64,000 nucleotides of DNA, taken from Pseudomonadota bacterium (GTDB lineage: Bacteria > Myxococcota > JACRCW01 > JAFGSX01). Position 1 is the stretch's first letter. Every line of letters starts with the position of its first letter. The DNA lies in contig JBDRCO010000037.1 of the NCBI GenBank assembly GCA_043821645.1, forward strand, positions 96,001 to 160,000, in the 5' to 3' direction. A program made the translations under genes and the position numbers. Positions 29,495-40,500 of this stretch are shown here, piece by piece. The notes under the pieces were generated by a model. It did no database searches, was not told the DNA's origin, and saw only the letters and a program-made list of their open reading frames with translations.

Positions 29495-31132
29495 TCAGCT
29501 GTGTGTGTCGACGACGAGGACCTGGTCGCCTGGCACCATGTTCAGGGCCCCGGTCGCGGGATCGCGAACCGCGAGTCGGTAATTCAGCTGGCTGCCGAAG
29601 GGGAGACTGACCGGATCCTGTGGCCGGAACGGGGGCGAGCTGCCCGAGGGCGAGGTGTTGATCGGGATGCCCGGGGCGCCGGCTGGCGTGCGCGCCGCGA
29701 CCTCGGGATGGTCGGCGACCAGGTAGACCTCACGGCCAGGAAAGGCGCGGCCCAGGGCGCTCAGGTCCAGGTTCACACGAGGCCAGCCGGGTAGGGCTTG
29801 CAGGGTGTGCACCAGATCCTCGGCCTGCTCCGTGTACTGGTCGTCGTACTTGCGCAGCAGGTGCAGGAAGTTCGCCAGGTAGGCGCGACCCGTGTAGTTG
29901 TCGTCGACACGCTTGCTGTCGACGAAGATGAAGCTCTCGTCGTTGCTGGGTGTCTTTTTGTCCGAGCCCATGGCCGCCACGGTCCAGTTCCCCGCCCCGG
30001 TCAGCACCTTCATGTCCTTGAGCCCGAACAGCACGCTCTTGCCGTGCACTGCCGAGAAGGGGTTGGCGGTGTTGCACAGCTCGAAGGTGCGGATGCCCGC
30101 GGCCTCGAGCAGCTCGTCCGTCGGATCGTCGCCGGCCGGGCGGCCGTAGGCCATCACGGGCTGCCCCCGCTCGTCGACACCATCGGACTTGCGGCGATCG
30201 GTGATCGCCAGCACGGTGACCCCGCGCTCCTTGGCCTTCTTGAGCTTGTCGACCAGCGTCTCGGCCTGACCGCGTGCGCGCAGGTTGTGCAGCTCGAACA
30301 CGGACACCAGGATCAGCTCCTGTTCCTTGTCTATCCACTCGAACAGCTTGTCGACCGGTGACGTGCTTCCCTGGCGATGCGGGGTGAAGAGCACGTTCAC
30401 GGGCTGGCTGTCGTCCCAGACGTTGGTGGCCTGGGCGTGATCGCGCACCTCGAAGAAGCGCGTCTCGTAGCGGCGAACCATCGCCGCGTCGGTCATGATG
30501 TTGACGTTTTCCTCGTTGGTGACCGGCGCCCCTCCTGGATTGAGCGAGCCCGACAGCACCTTCTGGCGGCTCTCGCCACTGTCCGGGTCCTTCCAGTGAA
30601 AAATGCGCGATTTCATGTGCATCAGACTGCGCTTGTCGATGCCGACGAGATGCGCTCCGCGGAGGGTCGCGGCGTCCACGTCCTTGTCGCTGCGCAGCAC
30701 GGTCAGACCCCGGGCCTCAAACCAGTCATCCACCTTGTTCCAGGGCCTGTCGTCCCGGATCTGATCTGACTCCACCAGCACCTGCACCTCGACTCCGGCC
30801 TCCACCGCCTCGAACAGCTTCTGGACGATGTCGTCGTTGCGCAGGTTGAACACCATGTACTGGATGCGGTACGGGCTCTCGCCCGACGGATACACCGTGC
30901 TGTCGGCTCGCCGCGCCGCAATGACCTCATCGATGCACCTGGCCTCGTAGCCGTAGGCATCCTCGTGCGGTGTGAAGAACACCTCGAAGGGCCTGTCCAC
31001 CGTCCCGTCGTATCCGTCGGCGGCGGTTCCCGGGACGGTCAGTGGCGACCCGGGAACGACCGGTGGCCTCGTTGTGGTCGGTGCGGGTACTCTCAGGGTC
31101 GGTGCGGACAGGCTGGGTGTGCGGACAGACAT
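29495..31132 (-). CDS. Phospholipase D-superfamily protein (two variant HKD motifs), possible degenerate CBM20-like C-terminus
   Basis: MHMKSRIF...GSLN..NEEN; VHGKSVLF...GAGNWT..NDES; GGAG RBS. Confidence 0.85.
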   Translation of the reverse strand: MSVRTPSLSAPTLRVPAPTTTRPPVVPGSPLTVPGTAADGYDGTVDRPFEVFFTPHEDAYGYEARCIDEVIAARRADSTVYPSGESPYRIQYMVFNLRNDDIVQKLFEAVEAGVEVQVLVESDQIRDDRPWNKVDDWFEARGLTVLRSDKDVDAATLRGAHLVGIDKRSLMHMKSRIFHWKDPDSGESRQKVLSGSLNPGGAPVTNEENVNIMTDAAMVRRYETRFFEVRDHAQATNVWDDSQPVNVLFTPHRQGSTSPVDKLFEWIDKEQELILVSVFELHNLRARGQAETLVDKLKKAKERGVTVLAITDRRKSDGVDERGQPVMAYGRPAGDDPTDELLEAAGIRTFELCNTANPFSAVHGKSVLFGLKDMKVLTGAGNWTVAAMGSDKKTPSNDESFIFVDSKRVDDNYTGRAYLANFLHLLRKYDDQYTEQAEDLVHTLQALPGWPRVNLDLSALGRAFPGREVYLVADHPEVAARTPAGAPGIPINTSPSGSSPPFRPQDPVSLPFGSQLNYRLAVRDPATGALNMVPGDQVLVVDTHS

Positions 31133-31218
31133 GGACACTCCAGGGCGCGATGCTCACCTGCAATGACAGCATCCCTGGGGTCATCCGACAAGCAGGACAG
31201 GGCGCTCGCGCCCCGGGC

Positions 31219-31827
31219 TCAACCGTCGTCGAACAGAGCTGTGTAATACGGGATGACCTGTACCATCTCGGTCAGAGGCAGCGCACGCAGGCGCTGCAAC
31301 CAGGGTTGTGCCCTGGGCAGGGTGAGCTCTCGTCCCCTCAAGTGAGCACGGACCAGGTCGCAGCCGTACAGGTCCCCCTTGTCGTCGAAGCTATGACCAA
31401 AAAGCCGGCACACCAGTGGCCGCGTTGCGTAGCACCCGCACTGCCCATTCGCGTCGAGGACAGGGCAGCGAAATTGCAGTTTCTGATCCAGGGGTGCGCT
31501 CCCCCCGAATCCGGGCAGGGCCTGGATGCGCGGACCCAGTTCCCGCATCAAGGCCCGGGAACGCTCCCGCACGGGCTCCAGCGCATGCTGAACCTGGAGT
31601 TCGTGAACGAGGGCCAGGTATTCCAGGGGAGTGATGCGCGGGCTCGAGGTGCAGCAGGCGTCGCACCCGGCGTGGCAGGGGAGGGACAGGTCGTCCGAAC
31701 GATGGGTCAGGGCCCGATCAGACTCTTGTTGCAGCCGGTGAAGCCCATCCAGGGCTCGCTTCAGATCCACGCCGAGCGCGTGAGCGGCCTGAACACAGCG
31801 CTCGAGGTGTGTCGTCGGACCTGTCAT
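31219..31827 (-). CDS. YkgJ-family (CxxCxxCC) cysteine-cluster protein
   Basis: CHAGCDACC ... CPVLDANGQCGCYATRPLVCRLFG. Confidence 0.88.
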   Translation of the reverse strand: MTGPTTHLERCVQAAHALGVDLKRALDGLHRLQQESDRALTHRSDDLSLPCHAGCDACCTSSPRITPLEYLALVHELQVQHALEPVRERSRALMRELGPRIQALPGFGGSAPLDQKLQFRCPVLDANGQCGCYATRPLVCRLFGHSFDDKGDLYGCDLVRAHLRGRELTLPRAQPWLQRLRALPLTEMVQVIPYYTALFDDG

Positions 31828-31903
31828 GGCGACATTGTGTCACGACGCGGGGCGCAGGTCTGCACAGTGGACCGCGCATACGAGCTGTGCGACAAATGAC
31901 ACC

Positions 31904-33547
31904 ATGACGACGACCCGATCGGACATCGAGACGGCTGTGACCCTCGACGAACGCCTGGAGGAACTCGTGCAGCTCCGATCCCTGGCCGATGCGGCAGACG
32001 AGATCATCGAGCAAGGGCTGCGCGATCAGCTCAACCTTGACCGGGTCCTCGCTCTGCTGTTCCCGCTCCTGGGCTCGCACCTGCAGGCCTGCCGGGCCTG
32101 GGTGCGGACCTTCGACGACAACCTCAAGCGCAAGGACTTCTACTGGAGCGAGGACGACGACCTGCTGTGGCCCGTGGACCTGTCCCATCTCGAGGAGCGC
32201 ACCCGGGGAGGGGAACATGTCGCCGAGGTGGTCGACGGCCATAGCGTGGTGGCCTGCAAGATCGACGTCGCAGGAGAGGACTTTGGCACTGCGGCGTTGT
32301 GCGTCGCTGAGCCACTCGACGGGCCCGAGCTGGAGCAGCGTGCCCGGCTGCTCACGGTCTGGTGCGAGCAGCTCGACAATCACCTGGCCTCCATCGCCCA
32401 GGCCAGGCGCAAGCACCACGCGGTGACCGCCCTTTCCGAAGCCCTGCGCGATACCGTGCTCAGCGATGGCATCGAGAAGGCCCTGGCGGTGCTCGCCGAG
32501 CACGTCCGATACGATCACCTGCTCCTGGTGTATCGACACGACGAGGACAGCGAGGGTGGCACCGCTGCCTACTGGATCGTCAAGGACCGAAAGCTCATCT
32601 ACGACTCCCGTGGCCAGACGGACCCCGAGGTCGACGCTTTCATGCGAACTCACGCCATGCGCCTGCTCCTCCACGACGAGACCAACGCCGTGGCGGCCCG
32701 CTTCGGGCTGGGTACGTTTCGCGAGGAGGTGATGATCAACGGGGTCAAGGATACGCGCATCGTCGGTCGTGTGCTGGTCAGCAACCGCAGCGGCAGTGAC
32801 TTCAGCACCATCGAGCGCGACCTGCTCGAGCGCTTTGCCGATTTTCTACGGCAGCGCATTGTCGACTTCAACCGCGAGTGGCGCCACCTGTCCCTTGCCT
32901 TTCCGCGCACGACCGTGAGCCGATTGCTCAACGAGGACAACTACGTCGAGCGTTACCTGCGGCCCCGGGAACGCGACGTCGCCATCATGTACTGTGACAT
33001 CTCGGGCTTCACCCGGGTCAGCGAGCAGGTGCTGCGGACGCCAGCGCTCATCGGCACGCTGGTGGACACCTGGAGCAACCACGTTGTCGAGATGATCTGG
33101 GGCAGCGACGGTGTGTTCGACAAGATGGTCGGCGACTGTATCATCGGCTTGTGGGGCCCCCCCTTCTTCGAGATGAGCCCCCAGGAGGCTTGCCGCCGGG
33201 CCGCACTGGCTGCGATCGAGGTGCGTGCTTTCACGCGATCGCTGACCCAAAGTGAGCTACTCCCGCAGCTGCGTGAGCTGGACCAGCCCCTGACTGTGTC
33301 CACGGGGCTCAACTACTGCCCGCTGTTCGTGGGCCTGTTTGGCCCCAACGAGAACTACACCGGCTTCGCCTCGGGCATGAACAACGCAGCCCGGCTGCAG
33401 GGCGTGGCCGCGCGGGACGAGATTCTGTGCATGGACAACATGTGCCAGGTGCTCGGTTCCCGCGGGGAGTTTTCCGAGGAGAAGGCAGCGCAGGTCAAGA
33501 ACGTGGCTGAACCCTTGCGCTTCCGGAGTCTACTCGGTGTGCACTGA
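31904..33547 (+). CDS. Class III adenylate/guanylate cyclase with GAF-like N-terminal regions
   Basis: IMYCDISGFT, FDKMVGDCI, YTG...MNNAARLQ. Lys and Thr at the specificity positions suggest adenylate cyclase. Confidence 0.9.
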   Translation: MTTTRSDIETAVTLDERLEELVQLRSLADAADEIIEQGLRDQLNLDRVLALLFPLLGSHLQACRAWVRTFDDNLKRKDFYWSEDDDLLWPVDLSHLEERTRGGEHVAEVVDGHSVVACKIDVAGEDFGTAALCVAEPLDGPELEQRARLLTVWCEQLDNHLASIAQARRKHHAVTALSEALRDTVLSDGIEKALAVLAEHVRYDHLLLVYRHDEDSEGGTAAYWIVKDRKLIYDSRGQTDPEVDAFMRTHAMRLLLHDETNAVAARFGLGTFREEVMINGVKDTRIVGRVLVSNRSGSDFSTIERDLLERFADFLRQRIVDFNREWRHLSLAFPRTTVSRLLNEDNYVERYLRPRERDVAIMYCDISGFTRVSEQVLRTPALIGTLVDTWSNHVVEMIWGSDGVFDKMVGDCIIGLWGPPFFEMSPQEACRRAALAAIEVRAFTRSLTQSELLPQLRELDQPLTVSTGLNYCPLFVGLFGPNENYTGFASGMNNAARLQGVAARDEILCMDNMCQVLGSRGEFSEEKAAQVKNVAEPLRFRSLLGVH

Positions 33548-33606
33548 AACGTGCACGTCGTTACAGAGACGCTGCTGGGAGTTCCTGCGGTGGAGGAGTC
33601 GGCCTC

Positions 33607-34590
33607 GTGCTCGAGCCCGGTGACATCCAGCGATTGTGCCAGGCCAGCCATGCCGCCACCCGGCCGCTGACGATTCGCGTGCATCCGGGGGCTGAGTCCC
33701 CTCTCGCAGCCCATTTCGCCGGCATCGCCCGGCAGCTGGCAGCTGTCTGCCCGCAGCAGGTCCTGGTGCGCGAGGGGGCTGCGGAGGTGGTGGCGGGCAC
33801 GCCAGCCCTGGTGGTCACGGTCGATGGTCTGCAGGTGACCTACTTGGCGGCCATCGAAGGTCCCGAGAAGGCTCCCTTCGTGGAGTTGCTCGAGCGCCTT
33901 GTCGCGGGTGAACCAGGCCCTTCGCCGGCCGGGGCGGACAGCACGGATAGGCCACAGCTCATCGTCTTCGTCGCGGCGGCCTGCCACCACTGCCCCAGGG
34001 CTGTTCGCGCCGCTCTCGCCGTGGCGCTCGACGATCCGCGAGTTGTGGTGAGTGTCGTCGACAGCCAGCTCTTCCCTGAACTGGCCCGGCGCTACGGCGT
34101 GCGCTCCGTGCCCAGCACCGTGGTTGATGGAGGCCTGGTCCTGATCGGTGAGCTCGACGCCGCAGACCTGCACCGCGTGCTGTCCGGACGTGGCACGCCA
34201 GGGCATCGCACGGCACTGCTTCGCTCCCTGGCCGAGAGCGGTCGCTTCGACGAGGCCCGGGAAATGCTGGCCGGAACGGATGGAGCCGTACACTTCGTGT
34301 CCCTGTGGCAGCAAAGCACCACGAGCCTGCGCATCGCCCTGCTCCTGGCTGCCGAGAAGGCCCTGGACCGCGATTTCTCGGTGCTGGATCCCTGCGTCGG
34401 GGGTTTGCTGCAGCTCCTGGGTAGTGCCGATCGGGCCCTGCGAGGAGATACCGTGGACCTCCTGGGGCGCATCGGCAGCGACAGCGCCCTGGTCGGCTTG
34501 CGTCCGCTCCTCGACGATCCGGATCCTGACGTCGCCGAGATGGTGGCGGAGTTTCTGGCCACGGACGGTCGACGCCGACAGCCTTCGTAA
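33607..34590 (+). CDS. Thioredoxin-family (AhpF-N/PDO-like) protein with C-terminal HEAT repeats
   Basis: AACHHCP, FPELARRYGVRSVP; HEAT LLGRIG...LRPLLDDPDPDVAE; GGAGGAG RBS. Confidence 0.85.
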   Translation: MLEPGDIQRLCQASHAATRPLTIRVHPGAESPLAAHFAGIARQLAAVCPQQVLVREGAAEVVAGTPALVVTVDGLQVTYLAAIEGPEKAPFVELLERLVAGEPGPSPAGADSTDRPQLIVFVAAACHHCPRAVRAALAVALDDPRVVVSVVDSQLFPELARRYGVRSVPSTVVDGGLVLIGELDAADLHRVLSGRGTPGHRTALLRSLAESGRFDEAREMLAGTDGAVHFVSLWQQSTTSLRIALLLAAEKALDRDFSVLDPCVGGLLQLLGSADRALRGDTVDLLGRIGSDSALVGLRPLLDDPDPDVAEMVAEFLATDGRRRQPS

Positions 34591-34711
34591 TGGGACGCTC
34601 CCCCAGCCCGGGGCGACGCGTGCAGACAGGAGTCCCGCACAGTGGCCACGTGATCGAATCGATACCACAAGGCACAGAGGCCAAGCTGTACACCTGTGCG
34701 ATAATGGGGGT

Positions 34712-35989
34712 GTGACCAGGATTCAACCACGACCGACCTCGGCAATGCCTCGGACCCCGCGTCCGCTCCCTCGACCGTCGTCCATGGTGGAGGACCCGGA
34801 CGCCGCGGTCGACACCCTCGAGTCCAGTCCCTCCCGCACCCAGCTCGACCCTGCCCAGCTCCAGCGCTTTGCAGGTTTTCGGTGGCGTGATGACGAGGTG
34901 GATGACGTCATGCGGCACTTCGCGGTGGGGGATGCTGCTGCACTCCTCCAGGCTGCGGTGGTCCTGGTTGATGGTGACAGGATTCTCGCGCGCAGCGAGC
35001 TGGAGGCGGCTGCGTCTCGGCTTGGTTCGGCCGTGGCCGGCGGTTGCCGGTGGTCTCCAAGCGTGCTCGCGGACGTGATGAAACATCGAGGCATTGCCTC
35101 GGAGACGGCCCTGCTGGCCCAGGCTCGCCTGATTGACGACGGGGATCGCGTGCTCGACGCGCAAGAGCTTCAGCGCGCCGCGGTCATGCTCGGGCGCGTG
35201 GTTCCGGCCAACGACGTGCGGGGAGTACACCGCCGCATCGACGAGCTGGCGTCTCTCCCAGGAGTGCAGCGTGAACATCTGGGCTCCGTCGACGACTGGC
35301 CCCTGGACGCCCTGCACCTGCCCTGCACGAGCCCACCGCCTGCGTTGCGGCTGCTTGTCACCGGCGGGGTGCATGGCAACGAACCCTGCGGGCCGTCGGC
35401 AGCCCTGCTCCTAGCAGAGTGCGTGGCCGCGAACCCGACCCTGCGCGGTCGTATCGATCTCACGGTGATACCCTTGCTCAATCCCCGCGCCCTCGACGCT
35501 GCGACGCGGCGGACACCCGAGGGGCTGGACCTCAACCGTGCCTTCCGCGACGGTCCGGATGCGCCCTCAGAGGTCCGGGCTGTGGCCGGCCTGCTCGACC
35601 AGCATACCTATGACCTGGCCCTGGACCTGCACAGTGGCAAGGCCAAGCGCAACGGATTCTGGGTGCTCCACCACGGGGCCCGGGACCTCATGGAGGCGGC
35701 CATGCGGCGCTTCGATGAGCGCTGGCCCGTGCTCAACGGCAACACCCGGCCGTATCGCATGGCCGTGCCCGGAGTGGGTGAGAGCGGCAACGACGACACC
35801 CTCAAGAACTTCGTGGCCCGTCGCGGCGTACCCGAGACGGCGACGGTCGAGGCTCCCGCGTCGGTTGGCTTCCTGGATCAGGTTCTGGGTGAGGTCGACC
35901 TGGTCCAGCACATCCTGGTGGAGGCCCTGGCTCGCCGTCCAGGCTCCGTGGTCGCTGGCGGGTCCGGAACCGCCGCCGATCACGGGTGA
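34712..35989 (+). CDS. M14 zinc peptidase / succinylglutamate desuccinylase-aspartoacylase family with duplicated N-terminal EF-hand-like module
   Basis: GGVHGNEP, LNP, DLNRAF, LDLHSG, TVE. Start (GTG 34712) is inferred. Confidence 0.82.
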   Translation: MTRIQPRPTSAMPRTPRPLPRPSSMVEDPDAAVDTLESSPSRTQLDPAQLQRFAGFRWRDDEVDDVMRHFAVGDAAALLQAAVVLVDGDRILARSELEAAASRLGSAVAGGCRWSPSVLADVMKHRGIASETALLAQARLIDDGDRVLDAQELQRAAVMLGRVVPANDVRGVHRRIDELASLPGVQREHLGSVDDWPLDALHLPCTSPPPALRLLVTGGVHGNEPCGPSAALLLAECVAANPTLRGRIDLTVIPLLNPRALDAATRRTPEGLDLNRAFRDGPDAPSEVRAVAGLLDQHTYDLALDLHSGKAKRNGFWVLHHGARDLMEAAMRRFDERWPVLNGNTRPYRMAVPGVGESGNDDTLKNFVARRGVPETATVEAPASVGFLDQVLGEVDLVQHILVEALARRPGSVVAGGSGTAADHG

Positions 35990-36079
35990 GCTCCATCCCT
36001 GCGACCAGAACTTCGGCGTGGCATCCTCCATCAGGTACAATGGTGTCGTTCAGCACGCCTCTGCTGAGGGAGAGATGGC

Positions 36080-37468
36080 ATGACCCGCGTTGTTCACATC
36101 CTGCTGGGCGGACTGTCGTTCGCCTGCGCCGCGTGCCCGCCGGCGACACCACCCGACGTCCCCTACCAGCCCACGAAGACCATCTGTGGCAACGACCGCA
36201 AGCAGAGCGGCGAGACCTGTGACAGGTCTGACCTTGCGGACATGACCTGCGGTCAGCTCGGCTATGGCAGCGGCGTGCTGGGGTGCAAGGCGAGCTGCAA
36301 GGATTTCGATCGCTCCGGCTGTTCGGCTCCGTCGACCTGCAGCGACGGTGTGCGCAACGGCGTCGAGATCTGCGACGGAACCGATCTGGCGGGTGCGATC
36401 TGCGAGACCCTGGGTCTCGGCCCCGGCACCCTGCGCTGCCTTCCCAATTGCGGTGATTACGACATCGCGGGCTGTGCACCGCCTCCTGACTGCGGTGACG
36501 ACGAGATCAACGGTCCTGCGGAGCTCTGTGACGGCGAGGACCTGGACCATCTGACCTGCGCGCGTCTCGGCTACGAGAGCGGGACCTTGCGCTGTGCGTC
36601 GGACTGCCTGAGCTTCGATCGGTCGGGTTGCATGGCCCCCCGCGACGCCGCGGTGGCCGACAGCACCGTTGCGGACGGGTTCCGACCGGATGCAGCGGGG
36701 CACGATCTGGGAGTCCCCGACGTCCGGATCCCGGATGTGCGTCAGCCGGATACGAGGATCCCCGACGTCAGCGTCTTCACCGACCACGCATTGCCCGACC
36801 TGGTGGCCACTCCGGACAGCGCGCTGGCGATGGATGCCTGGCATCCACCCGATGCGGGCGCGGCTGTGCTGTCCGTGTACGACATCCAGAACACGGGTTC
36901 GATCCTCCATCCGTTGGTGGAGACCTGGGTCACGGTGCAAGGCGTGATCGTCACCGCCATCGACGCCCGGGGCAACAACCTCGGCTTCTGGGTGCAGGAG
37001 CCCGGCGGCGGCCGCTACAGCGGCATCTTCGTGTACAAGCCGGACACGGATCCCTTTGATGTCACCACTTTACAACGGGGAGATGTGGTCACCGTGTCCG
37101 GTCTCTACATCGAGTACTTCGACTTGTCCGAACTCCAGATGTACAGCGTGCAGAAGACCGCGAGTGGGGCGGCACCGTACCCGGAATACCCATCCGACCT
37201 TGGCACAGACCCCGAGGCCTGGGAGGGGGTGCTGGTGCAGGTGGGGCCCGACTGCGTGGTCACCGGCTTCTATTCCTTTGGTGAGGTGCAGACCACCTGT
37301 GCCAGGCTGGACGACGAGATCAGCACCTTCGCCGTCGAGTACGGCATGTCCTTCAGCTCCATCACCGGCATCTGGAACTACAACTTCGAGACTTACAAGC
37401 TGTTGCCCCGGGACGTTCTGGACTTCGGCGCCTTCACCTATGTCGATGCCGGTGGCTTCGACCTGTAG
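36080..37468 (+). CDS. Lipoprotein with three Cys-rich repeats, Asp-pentad linker and YhcR-like OB-fold region
   Basis: CGN..ETCD..DL...TC..LGY.SG.L.C...C..FD.SGC x3; VTVQGVIVTA..GFWVQE..SGIFVY..GDVVTVSG..EYF; EAWEGVLVQV. Confidence 0.82.
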   Translation: MTRVVHILLGGLSFACAACPPATPPDVPYQPTKTICGNDRKQSGETCDRSDLADMTCGQLGYGSGVLGCKASCKDFDRSGCSAPSTCSDGVRNGVEICDGTDLAGAICETLGLGPGTLRCLPNCGDYDIAGCAPPPDCGDDEINGPAELCDGEDLDHLTCARLGYESGTLRCASDCLSFDRSGCMAPRDAAVADSTVADGFRPDAAGHDLGVPDVRIPDVRQPDTRIPDVSVFTDHALPDLVATPDSALAMDAWHPPDAGAAVLSVYDIQNTGSILHPLVETWVTVQGVIVTAIDARGNNLGFWVQEPGGGRYSGIFVYKPDTDPFDVTTLQRGDVVTVSGLYIEYFDLSELQMYSVQKTASGAAPYPEYPSDLGTDPEAWEGVLVQVGPDCVVTGFYSFGEVQTTCARLDDEISTFAVEYGMSFSSITGIWNYNFETYKLLPRDVLDFGAFTYVDAGGFDL

Positions 37469-37521
37469 CCATCCCTTTCAGCTTTCTGTTCAGCAAGTGG
37501 GAAGCTCCTGGGTCTCGTCGT

Positions 37522-40500
37522 ATGATGACGGCGATGGCGCCGCGTCCGTCCTTCGTTCGCTTCGGTCGCTACCTGCTGCTGCACAGGCTGGCAGTGGGCG
37601 GTATGGCCGAGGTTTTTCTGGCCATCGATCCGAGAGCGCCGGGCGACAGGCAACTGGTCGTCATCAAGCAAATCCGCGAGGACCTGTGCAGCAATCGCGA
37701 ATTCGTCGACATGTTCATCGACGAGGTGCGCGTGATCGACAGGCTCGATCATCCGGGCATCGTCCACATGCACGAGTACGGCGTCGTCGATGGGCGGTCC
37801 TTCATCGCCCTCGAGCATGTGTGGGGCGAGTCGCTGGCGACCTTGACCAGGATCTGCGCCGACCAGCAGACACGCTTCCCCATCTCGGCCGCCCTCTACA
37901 TCGCGTCCGAGATCGCTGCGGCGCTGGACCATGCCCACACCCACCTGGACCGCGCCGGACACCTGTCGCCGGTGATCCATCGCGACGTGACGCTGGGCAA
38001 CGTGGTGGTGTCCTACCAGGGCGACGTCAAGATCCTCGACTTCGGTATTGCCAAGGCCCAGGGGCGTCTCGCCGAGACCCGGGCCGGCCATGTGAAAGGG
38101 ACCCTCGGCTACCTGGCACCCGAGCAGATCCGGGGCGAGCCCGTGGGGCCTGCCACCGACATCTACCAGCTCGGTGTGTTGCTATATCACCTGGTGGTCG
38201 GTCATCCCCCCCTGGTCGAGGCCAATGACCTCGAGCTGATGAAGGCCATCGTCAACGGACGGGTGACACCGCCATGCGAGGTCAACCCGGATTTGCCGCC
38301 AGCGGTGGAGCAGCTGCTGCTTCGCGCCATGGCTCTGAAACCCACAGAGCGCTTTCGAGGGGCCGGTGCCCTGGCAGAGATGCTGCGGCAGATGATCGCC
38401 CCGGTGTATCACGAGGCCCAGCAGCGACTCGCCTCGCTGATGTTGCGCATCACGGGCGATCGCTATCAGCGGCAGCAGGAGTTCATCCGCGGCCTGCTGG
38501 CGGGCCGGAAGGTCGAGGAGTCCGGAGGCTCCAGCCTCTTCGAGTGGGCGTTCAACGAAGCCGCACTCGAGACCTCGAGTCACGGCATGGCGGTCGAGAC
38601 CGATCACGCGTCACTCGACGCGGAATCCACGGCGGTCATGCCCAACCAACTGCTGGCCGAGCTGCACCAGGTTGATGGTCACGTGGATCCACCCGACACC
38701 ATCGTCGAGGAGTCCGGGTTTGATCTCCGCATCCAGCGCGGGTTCGTCGGGTCGAGCGAGTTTCAGCCAGGCGAGATGCGGGACGAGCAGACCGAGGATG
38801 GCGACGAGGTTCCCGAAGCCAGGCCAGGCCGCGGCCACGGCGCCGAGCCCCTGGGTGTGCCTGACCTGCACGAGATCGAGACCTTGCTGCAGGAGCCAAC
38901 GTCACCCGCTCGTGTTCCCAAGCCAGTCTCCGGAGTGTTTCGCTCTCTGGCGGGAGGCGTGGCCCCCCGGGCCGCCAGCGACGAGAGAGGCTCCGTGTTC
39001 ACCCAGCGGCGCTCCGCCGAGCAGCGGCGACGGGATCGCGACATCGCTGACGACCTCCTGACCGGTGACACCGCGATTCTGGAACCTGCAAAGCGTGCGG
39101 GATTTTCCGACGAGGCCCGCGCCCTTGAACTGGAGCTCGAGCGGGGTTTTGGCCGCGAGGAGCCACGAGCACTCGATGACGACGTGGGAGCTGCGGTCGG
39201 TGCGGCCCTGGCCGACGTGCCGGCCTCGGTGGATGATCTCCTCGACGAACCCATCCACGATCAGGTCACCAGCCCAGGTCTCCGCGACGCCGAGTCGACG
39301 GTGGTGGTACGCCAGCGCAGGGCTGCCCTTCGCGCCTTTTCCAAGGTGCGCTCGGGACCGGTGGCGATCGAGGATGCCCAGACACGCCTGCTGGAACTTG
39401 AACCTTCCCCCGATGAGATCCCGGTGGCTCCTCGGCAGGTGCCGGCGCTGGAATCCACCACGGATCCTGGGGTGCAAGAGTCTCTGGCAGAGCGGCTCAT
39501 GTCTCCTCCTGATAAGGCCGTCCTGATCGTCGATCCCAACCTGGCAGCAGCGGTGACGGCGATGGTCGAGGCTGTCGACGACCGCGAACCGGCGCAGCAA
39601 GACGACGCACAGACTCTGCACCGCGCTCCCACGGCTCCATCCGTACGGCGTCAGGTCAGGGACTGGGGATCTGACCAAGACCCTGCGGCCGTGACGGACT
39701 GGAAAACCGATGCCTCCATATCCGTCGGGCAGTTTCGCAACCGCGGAGCCCGGCTGTTTGCCATGCTGCTCCTGCTTGGTCTGCTGGCACTGGTGGCCGG
39801 GACCTTCTTGCTCAACCCCTCCCTGCTCAAGACCGTTCGACGGGCGATGGCGCGACTCAGCGGAACGCTCGACGATGGCGCTGGTTCCCCGCCCTTCGTG
39901 CCCCTGCGCAGCGACGGGGGCACGCTCTCCGCCTCGGAAGGACCCACAGGCGCCGATGCAGGATCCGCGGATTCGGCAGCAAGCGGGATGCGAGCGACGG
40001 AACGTGGCTCCATACATCTGGCAGAAGAGGTCGCCGGGCAGGCGGAGGAGGGGAACGACAGCGAGGACAGCGCAGGGGACGCCGAGGAGGAACCCGGTGT
40101 CGAGGTGGACGCCGGTCGCGCTGCGCGGTCGCCGCGCGTCGGCTCAAAGGTGCCTCCCGGAGAGCAGAACCTGGCTCGTCCTGGCAAGCACGTGCTCGGA
40201 TCTTTGCGGGTCCAAGCAGGGCCGGGTGCGCGCATCGAGTACCCCGGAGGGGGAGGGCAGGGTGAGACCACGCTCCAGGTGCTCGCCCGCAAGGCCCGGC
40301 TTCGAATCACCGTCGACGACGTGGTCCTCGACCTGCAGCACGAGGTGGTAGGGGATCAGATCAAGTTTCACGTGCGCAGCACACCGGTGCTGAGCCTCGA
40401 GTACAACGGACTCAAGATCGGTCAGACGCCCAAAGCGATGATGCTGGGCAAGCGCTTCCGCGTGTCTCTCGGGGCCGCGGAGCGCGGCACGCCCATCGTC

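Noticed and set aside
34148-34711. 188-codon N-terminal extension of the M14 ORF
   Set aside because: Overlaps the thioredoxin-HEAT gene and is not protein-like.
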